IMG/VR virus record: IMGVR_UViG_3300031963_000063
Location: 1-64,000 of that record
Origin: a virus
Reading direction: 5' to 3' (one strand)
Length of the DNA stretch: 64,000 bases
The translations under genes and the position numbers were made by a program. Shown here piece by piece: positions 9,555 to 19,333 of the stretch. The notes beneath the pieces were generated by a model. It was not told where the DNA came from and made no database searches. It saw only the letters and a list, made by a program, of their open reading frames with translations. Within the stretch, counting starts at the first letter, position 1. Every line of letters begins with the position of its first letter.

Positions 9555-10313
9555 TTATCCTCTCCCAGCTGCTCTATTGGCATAGAAAGTTGCGGAAGCA
9601 TCATCTCCACGAAGTGTTGCTTCTTTACTCATTTGTAGGTTAAAAGCAGTTTCCTGCATTTTATTAAAGGTTGCGAGAGTGGAAACAGGAATATCTCGGT
9701 CTTTATAAGTATAATTTGTTTTGTTTCCATCAGCATCAATAATAGTAACAGTTTTTGTCCCATCTGGACTTTCTGTGATTATAGGTTCTTTTGGAATTCC
9801 ACTTTCTGATACATTTTTGGATTGGGGATCTTTAGTTGCTCCAGCAATTTCTTCCTTTGTCGGTTGTGCTGGTCCTTTTGGTTTTGTATCATCACCAATG
9901 ATCTGATGAGCTCCAGGAGTTAATCCAGAATTGAAACGATCTACCCTTTTGAATTCTGTCGTACCATTTTTAGATTCTCGTATGTCAAATTGAGTTAGGT
10001 TATTACCAAATACATGAACGACTGCTGGAATCTGTTCACTCTCATCCAAATAACATGCCATGACCCATTCACCACCCCACAATCCACAAGAACCACCATT
10101 CAAGTTACCATGAGAAGTTGATTTTAAAACAATTGCCCAGGGTAAGTTTTCGTCTTTTACTTCATTCATACTAGGATGCTTTCCAGGTATTCGAATTCTA
10201 ACTCGATCTCCATGGGCATCTTGCCACTTTGCATTTTTCACATGCTGATTTTGACCAGGAGCAACTTGGGCAATAAAGAATTTATTGATATTGACCGTTG
10301 CTAAATTATTCAT
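9555..10313 (-). CDS. gp5 N-terminal OB-fold baseplate hub protein
   Basis: RVRIRIPGKHP...DENLPWA...GEWVMACYLD..EQIPAVV, the gp5/VgrG OB-fold signature. Confidence 0.8.
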   Translation of the reverse strand: MNNLATVNINKFFIAQVAPGQNQHVKNAKWQDAHGDRVRIRIPGKHPSMNEVKDENLPWAIVLKSTSHGNLNGGSCGLWGGEWVMACYLDESEQIPAVVHVFGNNLTQFDIRESKNGTTEFKRVDRFNSGLTPGAHQIIGDDTKPKGPAQPTKEEIAGATKDPQSKNVSESGIPKEPIITESPDGTKTVTIIDADGNKTNYTYKDRDIPVSTLATFNKMQETAFNLQMSKEATLRGDDASATFYANRAAGRG

Positions 10314-11599
10314 TACTTGCTTTTATTTGTATATAGACCGTAAGTGTCACGAACTAGTGTCATTGATGTAAAAGATCTTAAAGGATCAAAATGATGACAC
10401 AAATTGACAATCAAATATTTTCCACTGTTGACCGGATCACCAACTCCCTGAGTTTTCTTTCCCTGTGACACAATCTCAAAGTCACATTGAATTGTATTAC
10501 CTGCTCTCAGATTTGGATTGCATGGAACTTGAACTTGAATGATCTGAGTGAATAGCAGATTATATCTCATTGTTGACTTTGCTTGCCATTCCTTTGGATC
10601 ATTATTTGGATCGTCTTTTATTTTAGAACTCAGAACTCCAATGTCTTTAATATGAAAATGAGTTCTTGTATAAGAATCTAATTGTGGAACAGATAGATTT
10701 TTACCTAATGATTTTTCAAGACCATTATCCGTTAACTTATAAATTCCCTCTTCATAACTAAAAGATTGAGGATCCCAAAAAATATTACGACTTTGATACA
10801 CTCCAGACTTAAGTGCCGTGATTAGATCTTCTCTTTTAATGTCTGACTTAAGTGCAATCTTAAAGTCATTTTCATCATTCTCCACACCAGATCTTAAAAC
10901 ATCTGTTCTATAATAAGTTTCAACTGGTGGTTGAGATACTAAGTCATCAATTGCTCTAAAATTAAATCCATCTCTGGTTTCATAGAAAAAATATCCAGGG
11001 TTCCCTCTTCCTGGTACAGATTTTGATGCTAGACTGCAAATGACATCAAACACATGACGAGTATTTCCAATGAATGAATATGAATTTCGAGTTGGTGTTT
11101 TAGTTGCAAGTTTTGTTTTCAGATAATCAGCAACTAATTTTTCTACAGTATTTGTGATATTACCCGAGTATGGTTTAAAAATTGCGGTCTCTTGATTTAG
11201 TACGGCAGATTTTGAAACCAAATTCATGACAATTGCTTCACGGTTTGATTCTTGATTTGGATTGATCTGCTTATCAAATACCAAAGGATTATTAGTAAAA
11301 TCAAGAGTTCCTAGTTTTGATCTGATTTTAAAGGATACATTTACATCACCATTCAGAGGAAGTGCAGAACTCAGTGTTCCAAATCTTGTTTGCTTATCAA
11401 AAGTTTTATCATAGGTAGTAGCACCACCAACATCCATTAAAGATAAAACTGCAGTAATATTTGGTGATAACAAACTCTCGTAGTAATCAAAACTTGTTAC
11501 TCTGGCACCATAAGGATCCTGACCAGTAATATCTACTCTCTTACCATTTTTTTGAATCTCAAAAAGTTCATATGCTGATGCCTGTGCTGCATTTGCCAT
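10313..11599 (-). CDS. Baseplate hub protein (gp27/late control D-like)
   Basis: YYESLLSPNITA; GYFFYETRDGFNFRAIDDL; VPCNPNLRAG; SGKYLIVNLCHHF...LVRDTYG. Confidence 0.75.
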   Translation of the reverse strand: MANAAQASAYELFEIQKNGKRVDITGQDPYGARVTSFDYYESLLSPNITAVLSLMDVGGATTYDKTFDKQTRFGTLSSALPLNGDVNVSFKIRSKLGTLDFTNNPLVFDKQINPNQESNREAIVMNLVSKSAVLNQETAIFKPYSGNITNTVEKLVADYLKTKLATKTPTRNSYSFIGNTRHVFDVICSLASKSVPGRGNPGYFFYETRDGFNFRAIDDLVSQPPVETYYRTDVLRSGVENDENDFKIALKSDIKREDLITALKSGVYQSRNIFWDPQSFSYEEGIYKLTDNGLEKSLGKNLSVPQLDSYTRTHFHIKDIGVLSSKIKDDPNNDPKEWQAKSTMRYNLLFTQIIQVQVPCNPNLRAGNTIQCDFEIVSQGKKTQGVGDPVNSGKYLIVNLCHHFDPLRSFTSMTLVRDTYGLYTNKSK

Positions 11600-11604
11600 T
11601 TATC

Positions 11605-13404
11605 TTATAATCTCCATATTTCTGGTAACTTCTGTCTTTGTGGTGATGAACTGGATGCCTGTTGCATTGGGACTGGATATGGAAATGGTACAAAAGTTTC
11701 TACTGGTTGTACCGCATAAATGAACAGTGATTGATTTCCACGACTACTTGTATTATTTAATAGTTTTCTGTTACCACCTCCACCAGGTCTTTCTAATGCC
11801 TTTAAAAGGTTTCCGGCAGCTCCAGATACTGGATCACCTGATCCTGCAGGAGATAATTGTACTCCACTGGGTGGTTGTACAATCTGTGCTGGTTTGATTG
11901 CTGTTGCAGGTGGTTGTGAACCAGGAGATGGTTTTCCTTTTAAAATATCTTTAGAAACATCAACCAAAACAGAGTTTGATGCTCTAAATCCAACACCATT
12001 AACATGAAGTGATATATGAGGATATGGTTGGTTTCCTGCACCAATCGTTCTTCCAGATGCACCTTGATATCCTAATAAAGTTCCTTTAGGTATTACTTGT
12101 CCTTCTTTTGCTCCTTTAAATGGTAAACTTTTAAAGTGACCCATCAGAACTTCATATTCTTTATTACCTCTCTTGAAATAATAAGCACCATAGTATCCAA
12201 AACCTCTACCAGATCCTCCTAAAACATTTGGTGTTCCTTGAAGACCAACGGAAGGCATTCCATCTGTTCCTCTACTCTTATAAATTAAGTCAAATGGTGC
12301 ATAAATTGGTGCCCCAATACCACCAGCAAGATTCATATCCAATCCAGTTTGATTTCCGTCTGTATCTCCAGTTGGCCCAATGGAAGCACCAGATGCATAA
12401 GTTTGTCCAGAATATTGTTGCTGTCTAATTGATTGTTGATCCGGAGTCGGTTGAGGACCAAATCCAGGACCAGTTTTTCTTGTGTCAGATAACCCTGAAA
12501 GAGAACTCCATTCCCTAAAATTCTTTGACAGTTCTGCAAATGCCATTACATTTTTTTCATCTCTTTGAGCCGTTTGATTAATATTTTCAACTGCTAAAGA
12601 AAAATCTTCAAATCCATTACCCATACCTCGTTCTGCTCTTTTGAGTTGACCACTTTTTCTTGGTTGATATGGTGCTCTAGTTTGTGGTTCTGGTTGTACC
12701 GTTCCACCTTTAGAAAACTTTTGTGGTGGTTTTGCTGCAGGTGTTGGAGTTTGGGATGATTGAGATGTTGAAGACTGAGGAGTAGTTGCTGGATACATTG
12801 AACCAGGTGCCATGAGTGTCATTGGCACATTTGGTGTTGAACTTGGTTTATTATTTTTTTCTCTTTTACTGAGTTCCTTTTCTAGTTGCGATATATCTTT
12901 ATCTGATTGATCTGCCATTTTCAGACCATCATCAGCCTCTTTTTCAATTGCCTTTAAATCTTGATCTATCTCTTTTTGCTTTTGTGGTGTTAAGAGATTA
13001 ATAAGTTCTCCGAGTTTTTGAAATCCTGTTCCAATTGTTGTCAATACATTTCCTACTGATTTTATAAAGTCACTATTGAAAAATTCTTCAATTTTTGCGA
13101 TAATGGCAGGGAGTTTTTGAACTAAAATGCCAAGTGCAATTAATCCAAAGAAATCTAAAATTTGATCAAATATATTTCTAGCAGGAGCAGTTACAACACT
13201 TGCAAGTCTTGAGAATCTCGCACCAATTCCTAAATTTTTACTTTCTACTCTGGTTTCTTCTGCTCTTAATTCTCTTTGCTTCTCTAATTTAAAGAATAGT
13301 TCTTTTTTCTGAACTCTAAGTTTTCTTAGTTCTTTATTTGAACTAATCAAATAACTTTTAATGTTTGTGACATTCAGTTTAAGATTCTTGACTTGATTAT
13401 CCAT
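11605..13404 (-). CDS. Tape-measure/hub-like virion protein with M23-peptidase-like domain
   Basis: Helical N-terminus, then TGLDM...APIYAP...GFGYYG...LMGHF...KGTLLGYQGASG...PHISLH, an M23-like fold. Confidence 0.65.
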   Translation of the reverse strand: MDNQVKNLKLNVTNIKSYLISSNKELRKLRVQKKELFFKLEKQRELRAEETRVESKNLGIGARFSRLASVVTAPARNIFDQILDFFGLIALGILVQKLPAIIAKIEEFFNSDFIKSVGNVLTTIGTGFQKLGELINLLTPQKQKEIDQDLKAIEKEADDGLKMADQSDKDISQLEKELSKREKNNKPSSTPNVPMTLMAPGSMYPATTPQSSTSQSSQTPTPAAKPPQKFSKGGTVQPEPQTRAPYQPRKSGQLKRAERGMGNGFEDFSLAVENINQTAQRDEKNVMAFAELSKNFREWSSLSGLSDTRKTGPGFGPQPTPDQQSIRQQQYSGQTYASGASIGPTGDTDGNQTGLDMNLAGGIGAPIYAPFDLIYKSRGTDGMPSVGLQGTPNVLGGSGRGFGYYGAYYFKRGNKEYEVLMGHFKSLPFKGAKEGQVIPKGTLLGYQGASGRTIGAGNQPYPHISLHVNGVGFRASNSVLVDVSKDILKGKPSPGSQPPATAIKPAQIVQPPSGVQLSPAGSGDPVSGAAGNLLKALERPGGGGNRKLLNNTSSRGNQSLFIYAVQPVETFVPFPYPVPMQQASSSSPQRQKLPEIWRL

Positions 13405-13407
13405 ATC

Positions 13408-15288
13408 TTATCCGATTAACTGAATTCCATATAATCCAGGTGTGACTTCCATATAAGGATTGGCAAAGTTCACTGGAGATATCACAGGAACATCTGTTGC
13501 TTTACCTTGCATTTGTGGTATTTGTGGTGGTTTTGATGATTGTTTTGGTAATACCATTGGTAGGAAAGTCATTCCACCACCAGAACCAGCAGAAACATTC
13601 ATACTGATGTTTGTAATTCTTGGTGCCGCAGATACCGATGGAGATGGAGCACTAGTTTTTGGAGAGATTGATGGTGATCTCATCCCACCTCCACCAGGTT
13701 TAGTTGGTTTAGTTTTTTTCTTTAAGATCTCTTCCTTTAAATATTTGTCAAAATCTTTAATAACTTTTGAAAATTCTTCAGATACATCTCGTTGATAATC
13801 AGAAACCGTGAACAATTTACGAATTGCTTGTGTAAAAAGTACCCATAGTCTTCCAGCATTATCATTGATGTCTTTTAAGAGAGGTCTGAACAACATTGAA
13901 GAAGTTGTTCGAATAACTTCCTCTCCTGGAGCAAGCATTGCTTTGACACTATCAACAAATCCGGATCCTTTACCAGGAACTGTTCCCCCACTTGCAAATC
14001 TTGGTGTTTCTCCAAGATCTTTCAGAAGTGATAAAAGAAAGTCCATTTTTACTTCACTCTGTGTAGCAGAACCTAGATTTATTATTTTTTCAAGAGAATG
14101 TTGCGGTGAAGATTGATAATTTTTTTCTTTCTCTAAATCAGATTGTATCCTTTCAATAGTTTTACTTCTTTTATTTGGATCATAACTGTTAATCCTATTA
14201 ATGGTATCTTTTCTAGTTTTTTCCATCAATGGATCAGTCACTTTTTTAATTGCAAACTTTCCTAACATCTCAAGTCCAATACCTATTCCAAGAGTAGCTC
14301 CACCTCTTAATAAAGAACCTGGTGAAATTTTAGGCAGACTAGGTAATTTAAATCCTCCAGTTCCCTTTAAAGTTCCTTCTGGTGTAAAACCACCTTTAGT
14401 TAACATTCCAGTTGGATCTATCAATCCCTTGCGAAGTAGTCTAAATCTATCTCCAATATTTGATTTTCCTTCGATAAATCTGGCGAAAGATTGATTTGTA
14501 CGACTTACTGACGGTCCAGATATTGGTTTTGGTACACTTGGTTTTGGTCCCTCAGGAGGTTTTTTTTGAAATATATTAAATAATCTTCCAGGCAACTTCC
14601 ATAAAAATCTTCCAAGCAGAAAAAGTCTTCGAACCCACTTAAAGACTTTAAATCCTATAATTGTAATAACTGCTGGTACAAATGCCTTACCAATCCAGTA
14701 GAAAATTTGATCTAATAACTTTCTATTATTTTCGTCTTGTAACCACTTAAACGCAACATTTAAAACAATACCACTAAGAATAAGAGAGAAAAATTCTTTG
14801 ATCTTATCAAAAACACTTTTAATTGGAGCAGTAACTCTTTCTGCAATCGACTGTCCAACACCAGCAATTTTTTTACCAACACCTTCTACGGATTTTTCTT
14901 TTTCTGCGACTTTTCTTTTTGACTCTGCTGATTTTATTTTTTTAACTGCTTCTTTCTCTTCTACAATTCGCATTGCAAAGTCAAGAGACAGTTGCTTCTG
15001 AATCTCAACAAGAATTCTATTTGTTTCTGCTAGTGCTTTGTAAGTATTTTCTTCTGTATCTTGCTTTTTAGATAAGACTTTTTCAGCATCTAATGGCTTT
15101 GGTTTCAGTGCCTCAAGTTTTTCTGATAAATTGATTGGTGATCTAAAACTAAATCTCGTAGTTCTTAGTTTTGGTGTGACTGGACTTGTGGATGAGATCG
15201 CAGAAGATGCACGAAGTACCGAAGAAGAGATATTTCTCTTGCTCAACTTCGGTACTGCTGGTGCTCTATAGATCTGATTAATGTCCAC
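13408..15288 (-). CDS. Tape-measure/baseplate hub-like protein (gp29-like position)
   Basis: Helical and Lys-rich, FASGGTVPG.G..DSVKAMLAPGEEV motif; follows gp26/gp51. Confidence 0.6.
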   Translation of the reverse strand: MDINQIYRAPAVPKLSKRNISSSVLRASSAISSTSPVTPKLRTTRFSFRSPINLSEKLEALKPKPLDAEKVLSKKQDTEENTYKALAETNRILVEIQKQLSLDFAMRIVEEKEAVKKIKSAESKRKVAEKEKSVEGVGKKIAGVGQSIAERVTAPIKSVFDKIKEFFSLILSGIVLNVAFKWLQDENNRKLLDQIFYWIGKAFVPAVITIIGFKVFKWVRRLFLLGRFLWKLPGRLFNIFQKKPPEGPKPSVPKPISGPSVSRTNQSFARFIEGKSNIGDRFRLLRKGLIDPTGMLTKGGFTPEGTLKGTGGFKLPSLPKISPGSLLRGGATLGIGIGLEMLGKFAIKKVTDPLMEKTRKDTINRINSYDPNKRSKTIERIQSDLEKEKNYQSSPQHSLEKIINLGSATQSEVKMDFLLSLLKDLGETPRFASGGTVPGKGSGFVDSVKAMLAPGEEVIRTTSSMLFRPLLKDINDNAGRLWVLFTQAIRKLFTVSDYQRDVSEEFSKVIKDFDKYLKEEILKKKTKPTKPGGGGMRSPSISPKTSAPSPSVSAAPRITNISMNVSAGSGGGMTFLPMVLPKQSSKPPQIPQMQGKATDVPVISPVNFANPYMEVTPGLYGIQLIG

Positions 15289-15457
15289 TCTGCTGCTGTG
15301 CTTTTAGGTTTTCTTCTTCAATATACTGTTCAAGTAAAGTAAGGTATACTTCTCTCTCCCAGGGAATCATATTTTCGAGCTCTGTTAATGAATATTTATG
15401 GTGCTGCATGAGGGCAAAATTAACCTTGTAGTATGACTCAAGATTAGTATGAGCCAT
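15278..15457 (-). CDS. gp51: Baseplate hub assembly protein gp51 (59 aa)
   Basis: Manual translation MAHTNLESYYKVNFALMQHHKYSLTELENMIPWEREVYLTLLEQYIEEEN... Confidence 0.9.
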   Translation of the reverse strand: MAHTNLESYYKVNFALMQHHKYSLTELENMIPWEREVYLTLLEQYIEEENLKAQQQSGH

Positions 15458-15459
15458 AC

Positions 15460-16182
15460 CTAGCTGAAAAAACTTGCCAAACCCTCCAGAACTACTTCAC
15501 TTTCAACACCAGTGTTTGGATTTTTTACCGTGACTGTATGAGACAGTTTGGGCATCGTGACAAAAAATGTTTCGATCTCTTTGAATTGCTTTGTATTAAG
15601 TTGCTCTAGAAATTCATCAAGTTCTTTTTTGGTGCAATCTGCTGCACTCCAACTTTCTTCCGAATCGTAGATGATGTCAATACAAGACGTGATCATACTC
15701 AGAGACTTATTAACATCACTTGAATCATCACTAGTTTCAAAGTTATTTTCAACAAACTGTTCCAGTGATGGATACTTCAGTTTCATTGAAAGATTGTCAT
15801 CAAGTTTGATAATGTTCGTGTGATCCTTATTTTTCTGAACCTTAATCGAATCAATATCAATCTCCATCTGAACTGTTGTTTCACCATCATCTGGGCAAGT
15901 TATATTCACTTCCACAGTTTCACCAACAGACTTGGCACGAACATTCAGGAACAAGTATTCGATATCAAATGTAGAAAGATCTGATACCTTGACAGATTTT
16001 GTTAAAATACAATCTGATAAAATCTGAACAATAGCATCCGTAATTTGCTTCATGTTCTCAGATTCGAGTGCCATGATGAGGATTTTTTCTTCTCTGACTA
16101 GAAAGGGTCTGTATCTAATTTTCTTTCCAGTCGAAGGCAATTCCAACTCATAGGTTGGAGTATTAATTTTTGGTAAAGGCAT
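15460..16182 (-). CDS. gp26: Baseplate hub subunit gp26
   Basis: MPLPKINTPTYELELPSTGKKIRYRPFLVREEKIL...FDIEYLFLNVRAKSVGE. Confidence 0.92.
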   Translation of the reverse strand: MPLPKINTPTYELELPSTGKKIRYRPFLVREEKILIMALESENMKQITDAIVQILSDCILTKSVKVSDLSTFDIEYLFLNVRAKSVGETVEVNITCPDDGETTVQMEIDIDSIKVQKNKDHTNIIKLDDNLSMKLKYPSLEQFVENNFETSDDSSDVNKSLSMITSCIDIIYDSEESWSAADCTKKELDEFLEQLNTKQFKEIETFFVTMPKLSHTVTVKNPNTGVESEVVLEGLASFFS

Positions 16183-16216
16183 AATAACCTATGATAACTT
16201 CAGTTGTGATTATTTA

Positions 16217-17086
16217 TTATCGTTCTCTGGGTCCTCTAGGAGTGGTGCTTTGAGATCCTTGATTAATTCTATTTGTAGTGTCTCTGAAAGCTTGATCTCT
16301 AAATTGTTGTAATTGCTCTTGTGTATATCTCCAAGATGTATTTTTTGTAGGAGGTTGTCCAGGTTGTGTTTGTTTTGGTGTTGGTACTTGTGGAGCAGAA
16401 GAAGATCTCGTACCTAAATCAACTCTTCTTACAACATACCTATCAAAATTAAATGTAACTGTAACCTTTAATATGTCGGCAGGACCGTATGCTACTGGAA
16501 GAGGAGTAACTGCTTTTGGGAAAGCATTAACAAACTTATATTCTAAAACTTTATTAAAATCTCTCTCAAATTTGTAAATTACCATTTCTTGAACTTTATA
16601 ATCATCTGGGAAATTGAATCTTCTGTAAATATGAGGGCTCAATCCGCTTGGTATGTTTGGTGAAGAACTTGTGTATGATGCTGCTGCTGGTTCTACGTTG
16701 ATTTGATTTCCACCGGCAATATAATCCATCCAACCTTCAAAAAATCTTAGAGTACTATATTCATCATCAACGTAAAAAGTTAGATCAATATCAGTATAAA
16801 GACGAGTATGAGCAAACTCCTGAGTAACTCCCATATAATTATCTTTGACTTCGGCAGTTGCATAAGAAGATGTTGGCAACGTTGCCTCAGAACAAAGATA
16901 TCCCAATCGACTCATAAATCTGTTAATTTCTTTTAGTTGTGGGTCATCATTATAGCTAGTAGAAAAATGTTTTTGTAATGCAGTACTCAAAGGTATATTT
17001 ACAAGATAGTAATTATTTTGAGCCAGAGTCCCTATTACACCCTTAACCTGACTCATTTTAAGTTTTTGAACAAGAGAATCGCCCAC
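16217..17086 (-). CDS. gp54: Baseplate tail-tube initiator (gp54/gp19-like fold)
   Basis: LCSEATLP...FAHTRLYTDIDLTFYVD...FFEGWMDYI...YKFVNAFP...VTVTFNFDRY. Confidence 0.7.
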   Translation of the reverse strand: MGDSLVQKLKMSQVKGVIGTLAQNNYYLVNIPLSTALQKHFSTSYNDDPQLKEINRFMSRLGYLCSEATLPTSSYATAEVKDNYMGVTQEFAHTRLYTDIDLTFYVDDEYSTLRFFEGWMDYIAGGNQINVEPAAASYTSSSPNIPSGLSPHIYRRFNFPDDYKVQEMVIYKFERDFNKVLEYKFVNAFPKAVTPLPVAYGPADILKVTVTFNFDRYVVRRVDLGTRSSSAPQVPTPKQTQPGQPPTKNTSWRYTQEQLQQFRDQAFRDTTNRINQGSQSTTPRGPRER

Positions 17087-17087
17087 T

Positions 17088-17127
17088 CTAAATACCTTAT
17101 ACGAGTCTTACATTATTAAGTATTTAG
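17088..17127. promoter_or_regulatory. Face-to-face late promoters serving the divergent gp54 and gp4 operons
   Basis: CTAAATA on + at 17088-17094 and CTAAATA on - at 17121-17127. Confidence 0.65.
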
Positions 17128-17574
17128 ATGTCATACAAAGGATATTACAACACTGATACTATTTCCAAAATTTTAAATATTCCATCTATTGGTAATATTT
17201 GGATTGACACTTCCCATGACGATGAGTGGAATTGTTATGACGATTCAACCCGCAAATTATACAGTAAAGTAACTGCATTTTACTGGAACAATCTTTCAGA
17301 AGAAGATAGAAAACTTAGGCTTAAAAACCATGGTATGACAGGAAAAAAACACTCAACAAAAACCCGTGAAAAAATGAGTAAATCTGCTATTGGAACTACA
17401 AAACCATCTTTACACAAGGGTGGAACTGTAGTATCTCCAACAGGTGAAATTGTTCACTTCAAGTCTCTTAGACACTTTTGTAAAGAACAAGGATTATCTG
17501 TAAGTCATGTATCAGAATTAATGAGTGGCAAAAGAAAATCTGTAAAAGGATGGAAAAATGGCACATCATTATAA
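17128..17574 (+). CDS. NUMOD3/HTH DNA-binding protein derived from a homing endonuclease; no evident nuclease domain
   Basis: NHGMTGKKHSTKTREKMSKSA (NUMOD3) and SPTGEIVHFKSLRHFCKEQGLSVSHVSELMSGKRKSVKGWK (NUMOD1/HTH-like). Confidence 0.75.
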   Translation: MSYKGYYNTDTISKILNIPSIGNIWIDTSHDDEWNCYDDSTRKLYSKVTAFYWNNLSEEDRKLRLKNHGMTGKKHSTKTREKMSKSAIGTTKPSLHKGGTVVSPTGEIVHFKSLRHFCKEQGLSVSHVSELMSGKRKSVKGWKNGTSL

Positions 17575-18004
17575 TAAAAGTAAATATAAACCATCATCAC
17601 CAGAGAAATATAAGGGAGATCCCAATAATATCATATGTCGATCTTCTTGGGAGAGAAAATTTTGTAGATATTGTGATACCAACCAAAACATTTTGGAATG
17701 GGGAAGTGAAGAGATGTGTTTGCCATACAGATCTCCTGTGGATAATCATTATCACAAATATTTCCCTGATTTTTATATCAAAGTTAGAGAACCGAATGGT
17801 AAGATTAAGAAATACATTATTGAGATCAAACCACTGAAACAAACCATTGAACCAAAAGTTCAAAAAAGAAAAACAAAAGGTTATATCTATGAAGTTGTTG
17901 AATATGCCAAAAATCAGGCAAAGTGGGAAGCAGCACGAGAATGGTGTGCAGATCATGGTTATGAGTTTAAGGTCTTAACAGAAAACGAACTCGGTATTCA
18001 GTAA
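17558..18004 (+). CDS. gp4: Head completion nuclease gp4
   Basis: KYKGDPNNIICRSSWERKFC...WGSEE...YFPDF...IEIKP...NQAKWEAA. Confidence 0.93.
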   Translation: MAHHYNKSKYKPSSPEKYKGDPNNIICRSSWERKFCRYCDTNQNILEWGSEEMCLPYRSPVDNHYHKYFPDFYIKVREPNGKIKKYIIEIKPLKQTIEPKVQKRKTKGYIYEVVEYAKNQAKWEAAREWCADHGYEFKVLTENELGIQ

Positions 18005-18414
18005 TGCCTAGAAAAACTCTGAGAGAAAGAAGAGAACAAAACCCCACTGATGATGACAGTAATCGTCTGCGAGAGATTGTAGACGAAATCAATGGTCTTG
18101 AAAAACCTGCAGACATGATGCAGAAGATAAAACAAACTCTTCCTGCAGTTAGTAAAACCAGTGCTCGGGTCGGGGAGATTTATACCTTTGTTTACAATGC
18201 CAAAACTCCTGGAATGAGTTATGATCCTTATCCTTTAGTTGCCGTAACTGGAGTATTTTACTGGGGATTTATGGGAATCAACTTTCATTGGGGAGAATCT
18301 CGACAGTATACTTGGAGTGAAATTATTGGTGATCTTCATCCAGTTCAAGAAGAAGAACTTTCAGACATGAAACGGATATCATATGCAGATCTTTTAGAAA
18401 ATCCTTCTAAATAA
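18004..18414 (+). CDS. gp2: DNA end protector gp2-like (short cyanophage form)
   Basis: YTFVYNAKT...YDPYPLV...GFMGINFHW. Confidence 0.7.
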   Translation: MPRKTLRERREQNPTDDDSNRLREIVDEINGLEKPADMMQKIKQTLPAVSKTSARVGEIYTFVYNAKTPGMSYDPYPLVAVTGVFYWGFMGINFHWGESRQYTWSEIIGDLHPVQEEELSDMKRISYADLLENPSK

Positions 18415-18429
18415 TTAAAAAATAGCCAA

Positions 18430-19332
18430 ATGGCAAGTATACTAAGATATCCATACGAAGCACTATTAGATACTACTGACTATTTGCGAGTTGATCTACT
18501 TTCATATGATGCAGTTAGATCAACTGGTCCTGGAAATTTAATAAGAAATAGTGTTGCATTTGATACAACAGTAACTCAACCAAAAAAAGCAAAAACATTA
18601 AGTAGTAGCATAATATTACCAATGCCATCTAATATTCAAGATGGTAATAGTGTCTCTTATGCTGATTCTAGTTTAGATGGTTTAACTGCACAAGTTTACA
18701 ATGTTGTAAATGATAGCATAACTGGTGGTGGACGTAATGGAACACTTGGATCAGTGACAGATGCATTGGCAAATACTTTAAAGGGTTTAGCAGATGTAAC
18801 TGTGTTAAATCCAGACGCTCAAAAAATATTTACAAAATCAATTGCAGCACAAGCAGCTAATATTCCATTTGGAGGCAACTTAACACTAAGTCAAATTCTA
18901 GCAAGAGAATCTGGTCAAATTCTAAATCCTAATATGGAACTTCTTTTTAATGGAGTGACTCTGAGATCTTTTAAATTTTCTTTTAAAATGACTCCTAGAA
19001 ATCCAGATGAAGCAAAGCAAATTAGAGCAATAATAAAAACATTTAAATTAAATATGGCACCAAAGGCTCAAAGTGATGTATTTTTGAAAACACCAAATCT
19101 TTTCCAATTAAGTTATAGAAAGGGTCCAGAGATTCATCCATATTTAAACTTATTCAAACAATGTTTTTTAACTGATATGTTGGTGAATTACACTGGTGAA
19201 GGTGTTTATTCCACCTATAGTGATGGATCTCCAATTTCATATACAATGGATCTTGGATTTAAAGAACTCGAACCAATTTATGAAGGAGATTATGCAAGTA
19301 ACATTACTCCAGCAAACAGTGTAGGATTCTAA
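18430..19332 (+). CDS. gp48: Baseplate tail tube cap gp48
   Basis: ILPMPSNIQDGN; NPNMELLFNGVTLRSFKFSFKMTPRN; FKELEPIY. CTAAATA at about 18407. Confidence 0.9.
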   Translation: MASILRYPYEALLDTTDYLRVDLLSYDAVRSTGPGNLIRNSVAFDTTVTQPKKAKTLSSSIILPMPSNIQDGNSVSYADSSLDGLTAQVYNVVNDSITGGGRNGTLGSVTDALANTLKGLADVTVLNPDAQKIFTKSIAAQAANIPFGGNLTLSQILARESGQILNPNMELLFNGVTLRSFKFSFKMTPRNPDEAKQIRAIIKTFKLNMAPKAQSDVFLKTPNLFQLSYRKGPEIHPYLNLFKQCFLTDMLVNYTGEGVYSTYSDGSPISYTMDLGFKELEPIYEGDYASNITPANSVGF

Positions 19333-19333
19333 A

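Noticed and set aside
17550-17580. Programmed frameshift fusing the NUMOD3 ORF to gp4
   Set aside because: It would need a +1 shift with no convincing signal, and gp4 has its own ATG within the overlap.
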